DNA of 64,000 nucleotides. Source: Octopus bimaculoides (taxonomy: Eukaryota). Where the stretch lies: NCBI RefSeq assembly GCF_001194135.2, contig NC_068999.1, forward strand, positions 46,037,811 to 46,101,810, written 5' to 3'. A model generated the notes under the pieces. The model was not told the origin of the DNA. It was given only the letters and a program-made list of their open reading frames with translations, and made no database searches. This document shows, in pieces, positions 25,097-36,788 of the stretch; the stretch's first letter is position 1, and every line of letters starts with the position of its first letter. A program made the position numbers and the translations under genes.

Positions 25097-25480
25097 TGTG
25101 TGTGTATGTGTATATGTGTGTGTGTATATATATGTGTATATGTGTGTGTGTATATATATGTGTGTGTGTGTGTGTATATATATATATGTATATGTATATA
25201 TGTGTGTGTGTGTGTATATATATATATGTGTGTGTGTGTATATATATATATGTGTGTGTGTGTATATATATATGTGTGTGTGTGTATATATATATGTGTG
25301 TGTGTGTATATATATATGTGTGTGTGTGTATATATATATGTGTGTGTGTGTGTATATATGTGTGTGTGTGTATATATGTGTGTGTGTGTATATATATATG
25401 TGTGTATGTGTGTGTGTGTATATATGTGTGTATGTGTGTGTGTGTGTATATATATATATGTATATGTGTGTGTGTGTGTG
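25060..25480. repeat. Compound (TA)n(TG)n microsatellite
   Basis: About 420 bp of alternating TA and TG runs. Confidence 0.95.
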
Positions 25481-25569
25481 GTTTTAGGACGAAGAAAGTT
25501 AGAATATTTTATTTTTTGTTATTGTTATGGATCATAGCAAACCAGGCACACCTACACGTGTACCTCTCC

Positions 25570-26250
25570 AATTCTGTTTCCTCATAACTTCCAGAAAAAT
25601 TTCTGCAAATACGCTTCAGATGCTGCAGGGTCCTTCCTATTTTTTTTGGAATTTGTGGTGAAACAAAAAGACAATTTTTTTCCCCGTGTTGGTTTTGTTT
25701 TCTCAAAACTTTCCGAAAAAATTGGTAAGTATTTTTTATATGAAATTTTTCTACAAATACTTTTCAGGGTGTGTAGATTACGATTACATCGGAATTTAAT
25801 ATGAGAAAAGGAAAAAGAATTGTAGGCTTGTATGCATACATAACTGTGGCACGCATCACAAATATCATGTCTAGAAAATGAAACTTGAAACTTCGAAGAA
25901 AAGAAAATAAAAATGTGATGTTCTAGTATGTGTGTGAGCCCTCCAATTTTTGGTTTTTCATATTAAATATGGATATAATCGTATTCTAGATACTAAGAAA
26001 GTATCTGTAGAAAATTTCATTAAAAAAAAAATATATCAATTTTCTGAAAGATATGAGGCAATAAAGCCGACTTGTATGAATTTTCCAAAACTCCCCACCT
26101 CACCTTGGAAGTTTATTCTTTTTTTTTTTTTTACATTAATTGCTGATATAATCATAATCTGCAGCATCTGAAGTGTATTTGTAGAAGATTTCATTTAAAA
26201 AAATATACATTTTTCCTAGAAGCTATAAGAAAACAAAGTCGGCACATTTA
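25570..26250. mobile_element. Old foldback element with modular inverted arms
   Basis: 25575-25628 matches the reverse complement of 26159-26240 (caaatac(g/a)cttcagatgctgcag); 25704-25830 matches the reverse complement of 25945-26075. Confidence 0.6.
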
Positions 26251-26589
26251 TGTTGGTATGTCCCAAACCAAACCCTTAAAAACACCTTTTTTTCCCCCAC
26301 ATTTACATGTATTGTAATCTTAGACTTATGTTTGTCTCTAAAACTATCCAGCTCCATTCTTTGCCGTTTTCCATCTCCAACATTTCTCTATAAAATCAAA
26401 CAAGGTGTTTTTTGTTTGTACGTAGAAAAGTTCATTATATATATATATATATGCTATGACCCAAAAACCTCAACCATAAACCTTGTTGCTCCTTATGTTT
26501 GATGTTAAGTTTACTGTGAAATAGTTCACATCGTTTTTGATTTGGTTTGTTTTGGTTTTTAGGACGTAGAAAGTTGCAATACCATTTAG

Positions 26590-26733
26590 TTGCCCAACTT
26601 CAACCATCTGAGTTCAAATTCCGCCCGGGTCTACTTTGCCTTTGATCCTTTCGGAGGGTCGACAAAGGTAATTGGGTCGCTGAAATTGACTCGTTCCCTC
26701 CGCCAAAATTTCAGCCTTGTGCCTATAGTAGAC

Positions 26734-26771
<38 letters not shown>

Positions 26772-26780
26772 GTAGTAGTA
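26590..26780 (+). mobile_element. SINE family B with (ATT)n/(AGT)n tail
   Basis: ctgagttcaaattccgcccgggtctactttgcctttgatcctttcggagggtcgac...cagccttgtgcctatagtagactattatt. Confidence 0.8.
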
Positions 26781-27296
26781 GTAGTTGTAAGTATTATTAT
26801 TATTGACCTAAGAACAGCCATTTACATCGTATGTATCTCGCATTTATGTTCAATCTCCGTCTATATTTTTTCAATCGTTGTTCTTTTACCCGTGTCACAT
26901 TTGGTCGGATAGATCAAAGACGTTCCACCCATGACCATTTCTTCGCTCTGCATCCAAGACCACATCATCCGTCTCTAATTTGATACCCCCCCTCCCACTT
27001 ACCCAAGTCTGTAGGGCGTGATTTCAGGGAGATTTTGGCTGCTGTTCTTAGTATGCTTAGTGACCACGTAGAGGCCGCCCTCTTTTCTTGAGTTTTGTTG
27101 TTTTGGTTCGTAGTATATAGGAAATGGATTGATTATATGACACGAAGCACCTATCTTTCATTTCCATCTTATGTACAATATTTATAGCGAATTTCTACAC
27201 ATATACGTATATAAACTTATACACACACACACACATATATATATACATGTATGTAGGTATTTAAACTTATATATACGCATATATATGCACAGACGT

Positions 27297-27339
<43 letters not shown>

Positions 27340-27849
27340 CGTACATATACGTGTGTGTGTGTGAATTTTTTGTCTCTACCCCCTCCTCCACCGCCTGTAT
27401 TGTTATATAATTTCCAGACCCAAGAGATAGCGAACTTTATTTTTTTTATCTGTTTGCTGTAGTCAAAATATATTTGTTTGTTTATAAACTATTCTGTGCT
27501 TCCTGTCCCAACACATTTCATATTCTGACAAACCCCCTTTTCTTTGAATTTGAAAAAAGCTAAAAATAAACAATTGGAGACTGTTGCCCATGTCACATCG
27601 ATTTAGCTGTGGGCTTATATTCTTTTAGAATCAGGGTGTGTTCGATTTAATTTAAAATTTAGTTTTATGTCGTCGATTAGAATTGTCATTTATTATTGCC
27701 ACAATACTAGTTTATTATTGTAGCAATCTCTCCGTGAGTCGGTCATACAAGTACCAGTAATTTACACTGTTGGTTTACTCCACTCTTCTCGCTACCCTCA
27801 TTGGGCTTTCTACCAACGATAGAAATTATTATTATTATTATTATTATTG

Positions 27850-27957
27850 GAGCCATTGTAGAGAAGATTTCGCAGCATAAATTCAGTGACATTTCAGTGT
27901 TATGGAGTTAATTATCTGATTAACATTGCAGAGTGCCTCCGTTTCCTGTGGACGAAA
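27850..27957 (+). other. Candidate alternative non-coding 5' exon
   Basis: CpG-retaining, non-repetitive; gccatt start region and tttcctg ETS-like motif; ends AAA|GTAGGC at 27958. Confidence 0.3.
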
Positions 27958-29774
27958 GTAGGCGTTATATATAGCTAAATATAAATGATATGGAAATTAA
28001 AAGATAATGCAGCTTTCAAGTGCATTGCTGTAGTAAACGAAATGGAAGAATATTGATATGTGTAAACTTAAGCTTCCTAAAACGAGTTTTACTGTTAGAA
28101 TCTTATTTAAAAATAAACTTGTTCGTCGGTTCAAACCTCCCATGTCATGTAGCATTTCGACAGAAGTGTTTTCGTTATATTACAAAACTTCTACCGTTTT
28201 AGATAAACGGACACTTTATGTGGTTTATCGGTATTAAAATGTGAGACTGTCACGGTTAGGATACCTTCGATCATAGATCTATCTGCTCGTTGAGGGCTAA
28301 CTTGGAGCTAAGACAGCAAGTAAGATCTTCTGTTCGATGAGGGTTGACCTACCACCGAGCAAGTATTGATATAGTTGAATTTTGTCTTGTTCCTGTTGTG
28401 CTTGTAAATATCGGACCAAGTTTTAAGATTTATCCAGAGAAAAAGCAATTTTTGTTTAAAGTAGGAAGTTACACACCCTCGAATGGGTTGTGTGTATATA
28501 TATATGTCTTTTAAAACTTAATAGTTTTGTTGAAATGATTTGTCGGAAACATTAAACTTACTCCATTTAGCAAGTGTTTTTTTTTTTTATTTAAGTTTTC
28601 GTTAGCAAAACTGAAGAGTAGGTGTTTGACCAGCTAGAAACAGCAGCTAAATCAGAGCGTACTTCCTGAAGAGAACCACATATTAGATGACGCAGTCTTG
28701 ATCTTGGTGGAACGTCTACCATCAATATAGGTCTGCTCGATTAAGGTTGGCTTACCACTAACAATATCCGTCTTATTGCTTTATTGTTCTGTTTGTGAAT
28801 TCACGTACGTACCGACCCTTAGCTATATATACGGGTCGTAACATGGTTGGAAGTATTACTGTTATATTGAAATTGTACGCAAAAAAAAAAAAAAATTCTA
28901 TTGCCTTATAGTAAATATTTAATATTTCACCTAGAGTTTCACTTTACGGCATTCCGTAACTTGATTTTCGTGCCCTTGTCCTTAGACAGGGCTAACTTGG
29001 CTGGATAGAATAAATCTCTCTCTCCAATTGGTTTTATCATGTGTATATCTGATCAAGAATTATTGATCACCTGATCTGTGGAATGTTTAATTAGCTAGAA
29101 GAAAATACAGTCATCCATGTTTATATTTTAAAAACAAATTGACGAAACACGCTCATACAATGGATGATAATACAATTATTATCCATTTATCTCTTCTTAT
29201 GACTGATTATAAATTTTAGGGAACAGTGACACTCGAACTCACGATTCCCTTTATTCAACTTGAAATTGTCACCCACTGAAATCTTCGAATATTATTGATT
29301 TCTTTACGTTGCTGCAAAAATATACATTTAAAAACAAAAGAAAGAACGACGTTATGACGTTCATGCCTTTTTTTAAAGAAGAAAAAAAAACCAAATTATG
29401 AGCAACATTAAAATGTTGCTTAACTGAGACACCAGGCCACTGGACCACACCATTGCCCTCCCTCATAGTAGCTTCGGTTTGCCATCTCATATTTCTAAGG
29501 CCCTCTGCATGTCCAGATCTAACCTCACAATATTATTATTATTTTTAAAAATTTTATTTATGAAGTGTTACTTAACAAAATATTGGGACTATTCTGTTAA
29601 AAAAAAAAACAACAAAAATAAAAATCCTTTTCGTGACTGATTATAGTTTAGCTTATGTGTTGGTTAAATTGCTTCAGAATTGATTCCATAATTATTAAAA
29701 TCCCAACTTCACATTTTAAATCTTAGGTATTCACTCTCATTTATGAACTTGCTGTTCATCCAAGATAACTTCAG

Positions 29775-29916
29775 GGTTGTGTGGTTAAGAAGTTTGTTTA
29801 CTGATTTTACAATTGGCCCCATTATGTGACACCTTGAGCAAGTGTGTTCTACTATAGCCCTAGATCAGCTAAAGCCTTGCGAAAGGATTTGTTAGATGAA
29901 AACTGAAAGAAGTCCA

Positions 29917-29950
<34 letters not shown>
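29775..29950 (+). mobile_element. SINE family A 5' half
   Basis: gttgtgtggttaagaagtttg...caccttgagcaagtgtgttctactatagccc...gaaaactgaaagaagtcc followed by (CA)n. Confidence 0.8.
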
Positions 29951-29951
<1 letters not shown>

Positions 29952-30186
29952 ATGTAATTGTATGTGTAGTTTTCTGTCTCCTTTTCTTGAAATCTCATGG
30001 TAATTGTAAATGAGTATCACTGCCATACAGGTCTCGCATAGGAATATGGGGGAATCTTACCATACTAGGAAACATGAGGATTAGCAGCACGGAGGGCATC
30101 TCTTGAAAATCTGCCTCAACAAATTCCATCTGACTCATGCAAGTATGTAAAAGTAGATGTTAAAATGTTGATATATCTTTACATGT

Positions 30187-30365
30187 CATCATCATTTAGT
30201 GTCCGTTTTCCATGCAGGCATGAGTTGGACGGTTTGACAAGAGCTGGCTAGAGAGAAGACCACCAGACTTCACTGTCAGTTTTAGCATGATTTTTACGGC
30301 TGGGTACCCTTCCTGACACCAACCACCCTCAGAGTGGACTGAGTGCTTTTTATGTGGCACCATAT
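30187..30365 (-). mobile_element. RTE LINE 3'-end-derived repeat (family D, (GAT)n tail)
   Basis: catcatcatttagtgtccgttttccatgcaggcatgagttggacggtttgac...gggtacccttcctgacaccaaccacc. Confidence 0.8.
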
Positions 30366-30544
30366 ATATATGGACAGTGTGTAACTGGTGGCTAAGAAGA
30401 CTGGAAGGACTACAGCTTTAGTCAAAGTGTCCCTTAACCTGCAGCAGTTTGAAGTACTGGAGTCGATGTCATCGACTAACTCTCCTCCCTAAAATTTCAG
30501 CTTTGTCCCTTTGGTAGAAAGAATTGTTGTTATCAATTAATATT

Positions 30545-31020
30545 TTCCTCAACAAATGGCATTGCCAGTAGGATACCTGATTGGCGTTTACTGATCCTGA
30601 TAAGATGTGGTTATAATGTTTTGTAGTTCCCACCTTCAAGAAAGAAATCGAAAGATAGCGATGACCTTGGTGGTCTGAAGAAGGTTTAATCTATTTTTAT
30701 GGAAGGCTGACAATGAGGTCTGTAGTTCATTTGGGTTTCAGAGAAATACAATAGATTATATGGAATAATGTGTGACCTAAAATAAAAGTTGGTCATTGCT
30801 GAATGAAGCAGGTTTATGTGTCTGTGTCAAGAGTCATGTGAGAACATTGTAAAAATTTTGCTTGGCTTTTAGAACTGGGTTTGATATTGTAAAAACCATA
30901 GTTAAGATGGGTAAAGTAATGAACATGGATTAATACAACTGAGACTTGTTGAAGGTATGAATCAGGCAGTCCATAGATCAAGGATGTTTGACAAACAAGT
31001 ACAGTTTGGAAATATGTCGC
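30545..31020 (-). mobile_element. Highly degraded LINE endonuclease-region fragment
   Basis: Minus strand reads TTDLIVSLP..IKPSSDH, matching the APE C-terminal DL...SDH motif. Confidence 0.4.
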
Positions 31021-31651
31021 TCAATGCCTGTCTAAGCTTCCGTACAACAAAAAATTATTTAGTATTTCTCTGAAAGTAGAACTTAGAAATGCCAGTTGCT
31101 AAAAGGAAGAAATTTCCAAAATACAATTTTCTGGTTATTAATATGTGTTTATTAATAGGAAAATGTCATACATGTAGAATACTAAGCAAATTGAGCAACA
31201 ACAACAAAACCCCCACTTTCAATCAGTTTGTAGCTTTACAAAGGAAAGTATAGGACAAATTGATAATGGGAATGTTTGCACTACCAGGTAAGGACCACTG
31301 CAAGGAAAATTGTATAGTATCAGCTAGGGTATTCAAGAGTATACCAGTAGTGAGTTTACTGTAATTCCAAGGAGGTTTTGGGTACTCATTAGTCAACCAA
31401 AACCCTCTCGAAAGTCATCTACTTTTCTAGTTTGACGGATCAACAACTGAAACTGGCGTGTAATATAAGATTATACTAATTGTAGCTGGCCATGGACTGT
31501 AATAAAAGTCATGGTGTTGTTGGAGCCATAGTAGTGGTTGTGGACTATAATAAAAGTTCTGGTACTGTTGGAACTCATTTAAAACTAATTAATTCTTAGA
31601 AAATTACTATTTGTAAATCTCACAGCGAGAGATATTCAGCAACAGTACTTT

Positions 31652-32080
31652 GGAGTAAAGACTGTTTGCCAACATAACATGGCAGTCCTGGTTTAGGACG
31701 AATGTTGCTGTAATTTAGCCCCAGGAGACATCGTCTCCAGCTGGCTATACGACATGATCTGTGTCCTTCTAATTTTTAATTTATAGATCAGTGACTAGTT
31801 GTCACTTTGAAAACTATATATTTCGAAGGGGAATTTGGCAGCACCACCTTTAGCCGAACAATGATTGTGTGCTGATGAAGGGAAATAACCCGGAAATCAC
31901 GATACACAGATATTGTTTTGAGCTGAGTGGGGGTGCTAGATTCCCTTGTTCGAAAAAAAATATAAGGACACAGATCGTGTGGTATAGCTAGCTGGAGACG
32001 ATGTCTCCTGGGGCTAAATTACAGCAACATTTGTCCTAAACCAGGACTGCCAAATTATGTTGGCAAACAATCTTTACTCC
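31652..32080. mobile_element. MITE with 117-bp terminal inverted repeats
   Basis: 31652-31768 vs the reverse complement of 31964-32080: 110/117 identical; begins GGAGTAAAGA, ends TCTTTACTCC followed by TA. Confidence 0.9.
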
Positions 32081-32777
32081 TAATTAATTCTTGCTATTGC
32101 TTTGCCTTGAAGATGCCAGTCTGTTAAATGATTGTATGTCCATTAAATGTGGTTCTTTCATATTTTGAATCCTTTAAACTACCAATTCATATTTCCACTA
32201 GTTGACGTTGAATCACAACAAATGGTTGGAAAAGCATATTAGAACTTGTTCCAATTGATACTAGCAAGCGGTTTCTCTCTATAGTAGTAATATGAAATTC
32301 TGGTGGAAAATTTATATTCAAACTCTTATTCAACCTCTAATATTGAACCCATCTCAGACACATTAGCTGTGATAGAATTTGTTTACCAACTTCAATCACT
32401 GGGGTGTGTGTCACCAGATTCAAATAGATAATGATTTTAAAAAAATAAATAATCATTATCTATTTGAAATTTGATATCTGTGGTTGTGTACCACTGAATT
32501 CAGATAGAAATAACAATACTATTAACAGCCCTATTGGTTTGTTGTGTTGGACATGGAAGTGTTTGGGTGCAACTAACTGCTGAGGATTTGTACTTAAAAG
32601 ACCCATATTACACTGGATTGATCGACAGATAGAAGCATGATTATTAGATCAGAAAAAAAATAGTTTGAGAAAGATTCCATTTCAAATGAAAGTATTAAAA
32701 CCAGATTGACTTTTATTCTAGAAAATATGTCCCCCAATAATGATAATAATAATAAAAGAAACTAGAGTCCTTTTTAA

Positions 32778-32962
32778 CCCATTAGCATTTAAAGTAACTG
32801 TATCAGGCCCAGATCTTCTACCTGTTTCATGTTCAAGGAGGCCAGATCTGATCTCTTACACCTACCTGTAATATCATTCTAAAAATAAGCTACCACATCA
32901 TTGAAGTTTTGAAGCTAATGCATGATTAATTCAAAACAATGTGTAATCTGAATGCTAAAGAG
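32778..32962 (+). mobile_element. piggyBac-type MITE with TTAA target-site duplication
   Basis: TTAA|cccattagcatt ... aatgctaaagag|TTAA; same family at 38146 and 42339. Confidence 0.85.
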
Positions 32963-33112
32963 TTAAGATTTGCTGGGTGCGGTCTACCACAGTGTCAAAC
33001 AAGGTTATCTACTGTTTCATTCAGAGATTTTTGAGATTAAAAAACTTTAGATATTTCAGTGATCATTTTTTTTTTTTTTTTTCAGAATTATAGTTTTAGC
33101 ATCTAGCCATAA

Positions 33113-33580
33113 CTACTCAATGGCTTGAGTGTGTTCTCTGGTCACTGGATCCACATAATGTCGTTGATGGTTCACTGTCAGATGGTGATGACCTATGGGA
33201 TTTAAATTATTATAAGTGGGCCACTCATCTGAATGAATTAGTGAACCTTTTTCACATTCTCTTTCAATAATTGGGATCAAACTGTTCCTGTCGTGCTGTT
33301 CCATAGAAAAGAATCGACAGTCTGAGCCTTGTTTGAGACCAAAAATCCACAGCCGATCAATTCTACGTCCATGGTTCCTATTGTTTCATTGTTCTGCATC
33401 ACTGTCTTCGAAGAGAGGAGCATTGTCACCATTCAACCTTCTTCCTCAAATGTGTTTTCGACAACCAGCAAATTATGTTTCGTCAATCTGAATGGGGTTA
33501 TTCGTTCCAACTATCTTCCCTCGTCAGACAACTCCACACACCTCACGGCACATACTGTACCTGTCAGTTATTGTATTTTT
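33113..33580 (-). pseudogene. Merlin (IS1595/IS1016, ISXO2-like DDE) transposase pseudogene
   Basis: One frame with four internal stops reads TITDRYSMCREVCGVV*RGKIVGTNNPIQIDET*FAGCRKHI*GRR...LWIFGLKQGSDCRFFSMEQHDRNSLIPIIERECEKGSLIHSDEWPTY...HLTVNHQRHYVDPVTREHTQAIE; QIDE, SDEW, TVNH and HTQ.IE are ISXO2 hallmarks. Confidence 0.92.
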
Positions 33581-33789
33581 AGATTTTCCTATGAGTCACT
33601 ATTGTGGTCATGGGTATATATCCATGACAAAGAAAAATATTAGTTCTAAAATCTCACTCACGCTCAGCTTGCAGTTTAATTTGTTGTTAATGTCCGTATA
33701 ATGGAAAAATTGGTTTCCTTTACAAGATAGATAACCCTGGCTATACAGTTTGACAATGTGATAGACTGCATACTATACTAGCACCATTT

Positions 33790-34110
33790 GCTGGATTTTT
33801 ATGGTCAATACCTACCAAAATTTGCTGAGATAGTTGAATCATTTGTGAAATTGTGCAAGGAAAATGTTGACTGTGCGTGGACAAAAGGATTAGTAATAGG
33901 CATTTAATGATTTAAATACAAAAAATAGTGCTCTTGCTGAGAATCCTGTTGTAAGGATATTTGATACCAATAGGCATGTTGACATTCAAAGCTATTGAGC
34001 AATCTATGTCTGAAGTTTTATTGCAAACCAACCACTTAGTCCTATATTTATCAGGAAGGTCAACTGCTGATGAATCTAATTATTCAAATATTGACAGAGG
34101 GCGGGCGGTT
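33790..34110 (+). pseudogene. Ty3/Gypsy LTR-retrotransposon pol remnant (RT thumb / RNase H-like)
   Basis: LDFYGQYLPKFAEIVESFVKLCKENVDCAWTKG; LAENPVVRIFDTNR; YLSGRSTADESNYSNIDR, equivalent to YASRTLT.AEKNYS.IERE. Confidence 0.8.
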
Positions 34111-34549
34111 TAGAAACTGTAGATCACAAAAATGTTCCCATCCTAATTTACATTGTAGACATTTTCTTACATATAATCATAAACTTCTTGAATTCATATT
34201 TAATCCACACAAGGAAATTCCCAAGGTTATGTCTTGAGGGATACTGAGGTGGGCCATGTAAATGGCAGCATTTGATTTTGATATCATATATCATCATTTG
34301 ACGTCATCGCATGGTTGAGACAGATTTTCTATAGCTGGATTCCCTTCCTGTTGCCAGTATTCCCCTGTTTCCAAGTAAGCTAATATTTTCCATGACCATA
34401 CATGTTTTTTCTATGGAAGACTGGAAAGGAAACAAACATTATCATCACTTATATTACAGTGATGATTGTTTACCACCATCACATGGTGTTAGGACAAAGG
34501 TACATATATGCATACACACACACACACACATATGTGTGTGTGTGTGTGA

Positions 34550-34712
34550 GAGATGGGTTTCTTGTAGTTTTCATCTACAAGATTTACTCACTAGGCTCTG
34601 GTCAGCCCAGGGCTATAGTAGAAGACACTTGCCCAAGTTGCTGTGCAGTGGGATTGAACCCAAGACCACATAGTTGTGAAGCAAGCTTTTTAACCATACA
34701 GCCATGCTTGTG
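34550..34712 (-). mobile_element. SINE family A 5' half
   Basis: gggctatagtagaagacacttgcccaag...gggattgaacccaagaccacatagttg. Confidence 0.85.
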
Positions 34713-34788
34713 CCTATATGTTAAGAGAAATATTCCCTATGTTGACACACTTTTATGGCTACATTTTAGATTACAACTGCGACAAATT

Positions 34789-35153
34789 AATCTAGACAAG
34801 AGCATTCAGAGAGCGCAAAGCTCCGCCAAGGCAACACCAACGTCCTCTCAACGATTAACCAGAGATGATTTTTAATATGAGAATATCTGAAATAAAGTTG
34901 ACTGCTCTCACAAGCAAGAATACTAAAAATGAACCTGACCGCTCTTAAAAATTTAGTAAAAAAAAAACAGGAAAAATAATCCAGAATCATTGTCCAGTAC
35001 TGGATTGATCCCAAAATCTAATCAGTTCGTGCTAGTCATGAGGCCAAACATCCCTGAAAGTTTCATCAGAATCCATCCAGCAGTTCTTGAGGTATCTTGT
35101 CCACGGACAAACAAACAAAACAATGCCTCTGCTTTCGCTTAGGTGGAGGTTAT
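34789..35153 (+). mobile_element. Helentron-type non-autonomous element (HINE/DINE-1-like)
   Basis: 5' subterminal ctccgccaagg, (ACAA)n near the 3' end, and 3' hairpin gcctctgctttcgcttaggtggaggt (35125-35150) complementary to the 5' subTIR. Confidence 0.7.
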
Positions 35154-35494
35154 AATGTTGATAGTTTCATACACCGGAAAGAAGCTGTTTGTATTTTGAT
35201 AGTAGCGATGGAAACACTGTGTGAAGGCATGAAACTGGATAAAATCATTTCCTGAATAATTAAAAGAGAGTAACTACTCCAATGCCATGAAACTTTGAAA
35301 AATGATATTCTTTGTGGTGATAATCTTGCTATTCTACGTGAAGTATTTGGGAAACACATGATTAAGTGTTCTTGATGATGTCTGTTGTTGCATATATATA
35401 TATATATACACACGTGTGTGCATGTATGACATGCAGTCATTCAGTCATTTAAAGCTTGAAATACGGTAACCTACCTATCCTCCACTATATATAT

Positions 35495-35752
35495 CATCAT
35501 CATCGTTTAACGTCCGCTTTCCATGCTAGCATGGGTTGGACGATTTGATTGCACCAGACTCCATTAAAAAAGGCTCCATTAAAAAAGCACCCAGTATACT
35601 CTGCAAAGTGCTTGGTATGAGGAAGTGTATATCCAGCTGTAGAAGCCAGGCCACAGCAGACTATGGAACCTGGCGTGGAACCTGACCTTGCCAGTTCTTG
35701 CTAAGCTGTCCAGCCCATGCCAGCATGGAAAAACAAATGTTAAATGATGATA
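35495..35752. mobile_element. Two RTE-tail (family D) copies in opposite orientation
   Basis: catcatcgtttaacgtccgctttccatgctagcatgggttgga at the left; ccagcccatgccagcatggaaaaacaaatgttaaatgatgat at the right. Confidence 0.75.
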
Positions 35753-36591
35753 ATGGTATATTAACAGGTATAATTTTATAGGTGGTGCAGTCAAAACCTC
35801 TATTACTATTGGTTCCATTGTAAACCATTGTAGAAACATGTTCCCTTATAAGCAAGATGGTCAAGAGAGCAACCTATTGTAAGCACTTGGTTTATAGTAT
35901 CTGGTTTGGGCATTCAATTCGACACACATCAGTTTGTCTTGCTGGAAATAAGTTGTACTTATTTAACCACAGGTCGATGATAGTCAAGTAGTGTTATTAT
36001 TAGAAGCATCCTATTCATGAAATGCTTTTGGGCCTACTCCTTTTAAACAAAAGTAGTATGTAATTAAGATTTAGCTGCTATTGTTAGCAGGCTCAGTGAT
36101 TATATAGAGGGCTCCTCTTCAGTTCCTCCAGAAAGTGGTACATGTTATAATATCTTCTTACTGCCACAGACATCAGGCTTCATATTTTGATTCTATGGAT
36201 TCTGTTGATCCATAAAAGCATTATCTGTGTTTGCTAACCGGTATTAGATATGGTAGACAGCCTAGAGAGGCCTAGATTAGAAATGCTATTTTAAAATATA
36301 ACACACAAATACAATAATAGTTTTTTTTTTGTTTTCTATAGTTTGGAATGAAATTTGTTTTAATGAGAAAAAATGAGGAAATTGTGTTCATAATTTTCTG
36401 TGTCAGAATTACATAAATATTGAAATGATTTAAACTAAGAACTATAGTTTGAGTTGGAGACCCTAGTTTCTCAGAAATTACCATCGTACAGTAAAATCAG
36501 TCAAATTGTAAAAAAAGAAAAGATCAAATTTATCAGCTGATTCGTCCCGCCTTGTTTTGGATAATACTTAATAGAAACTGGATCCTTTATA

Positions 36592-36756
36592 GGTGCAGAT
36601 GTGGCTGTATGGTAAGAAGTTTGTTTCTCAGCCACATGACTCTGGGTTCAGTCCCACTGCATGGCACCTTGGCCAGATGTCTTAAACTATAGCCCCAAGC
36701 CAACCAAAGCCTTGTGAGTAGATTTGGTAGATGATAACTGAAAGACACCTGTTTGC

Positions 36757-36788
<32 letters not shown>

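Larger units (their letters stand above)
23398..27400 (+). repeat. Degenerate tandem array of a microsatellite-containing unit (copies at ~23398, 23758, 24890, 26290; partial at 27365)
   Basis: Copies 1 and 2 are closely similar over ~230 bp (ttcgaaat...gttccgtacacgtctacgcgtatcgcag...cagcaaataattt) and both end gattccaaaacac...ggagctcgatcttt; ttttaggacgtagaaagtt-like motif at 24815, 25481 and 26558. Confidence 0.75.
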
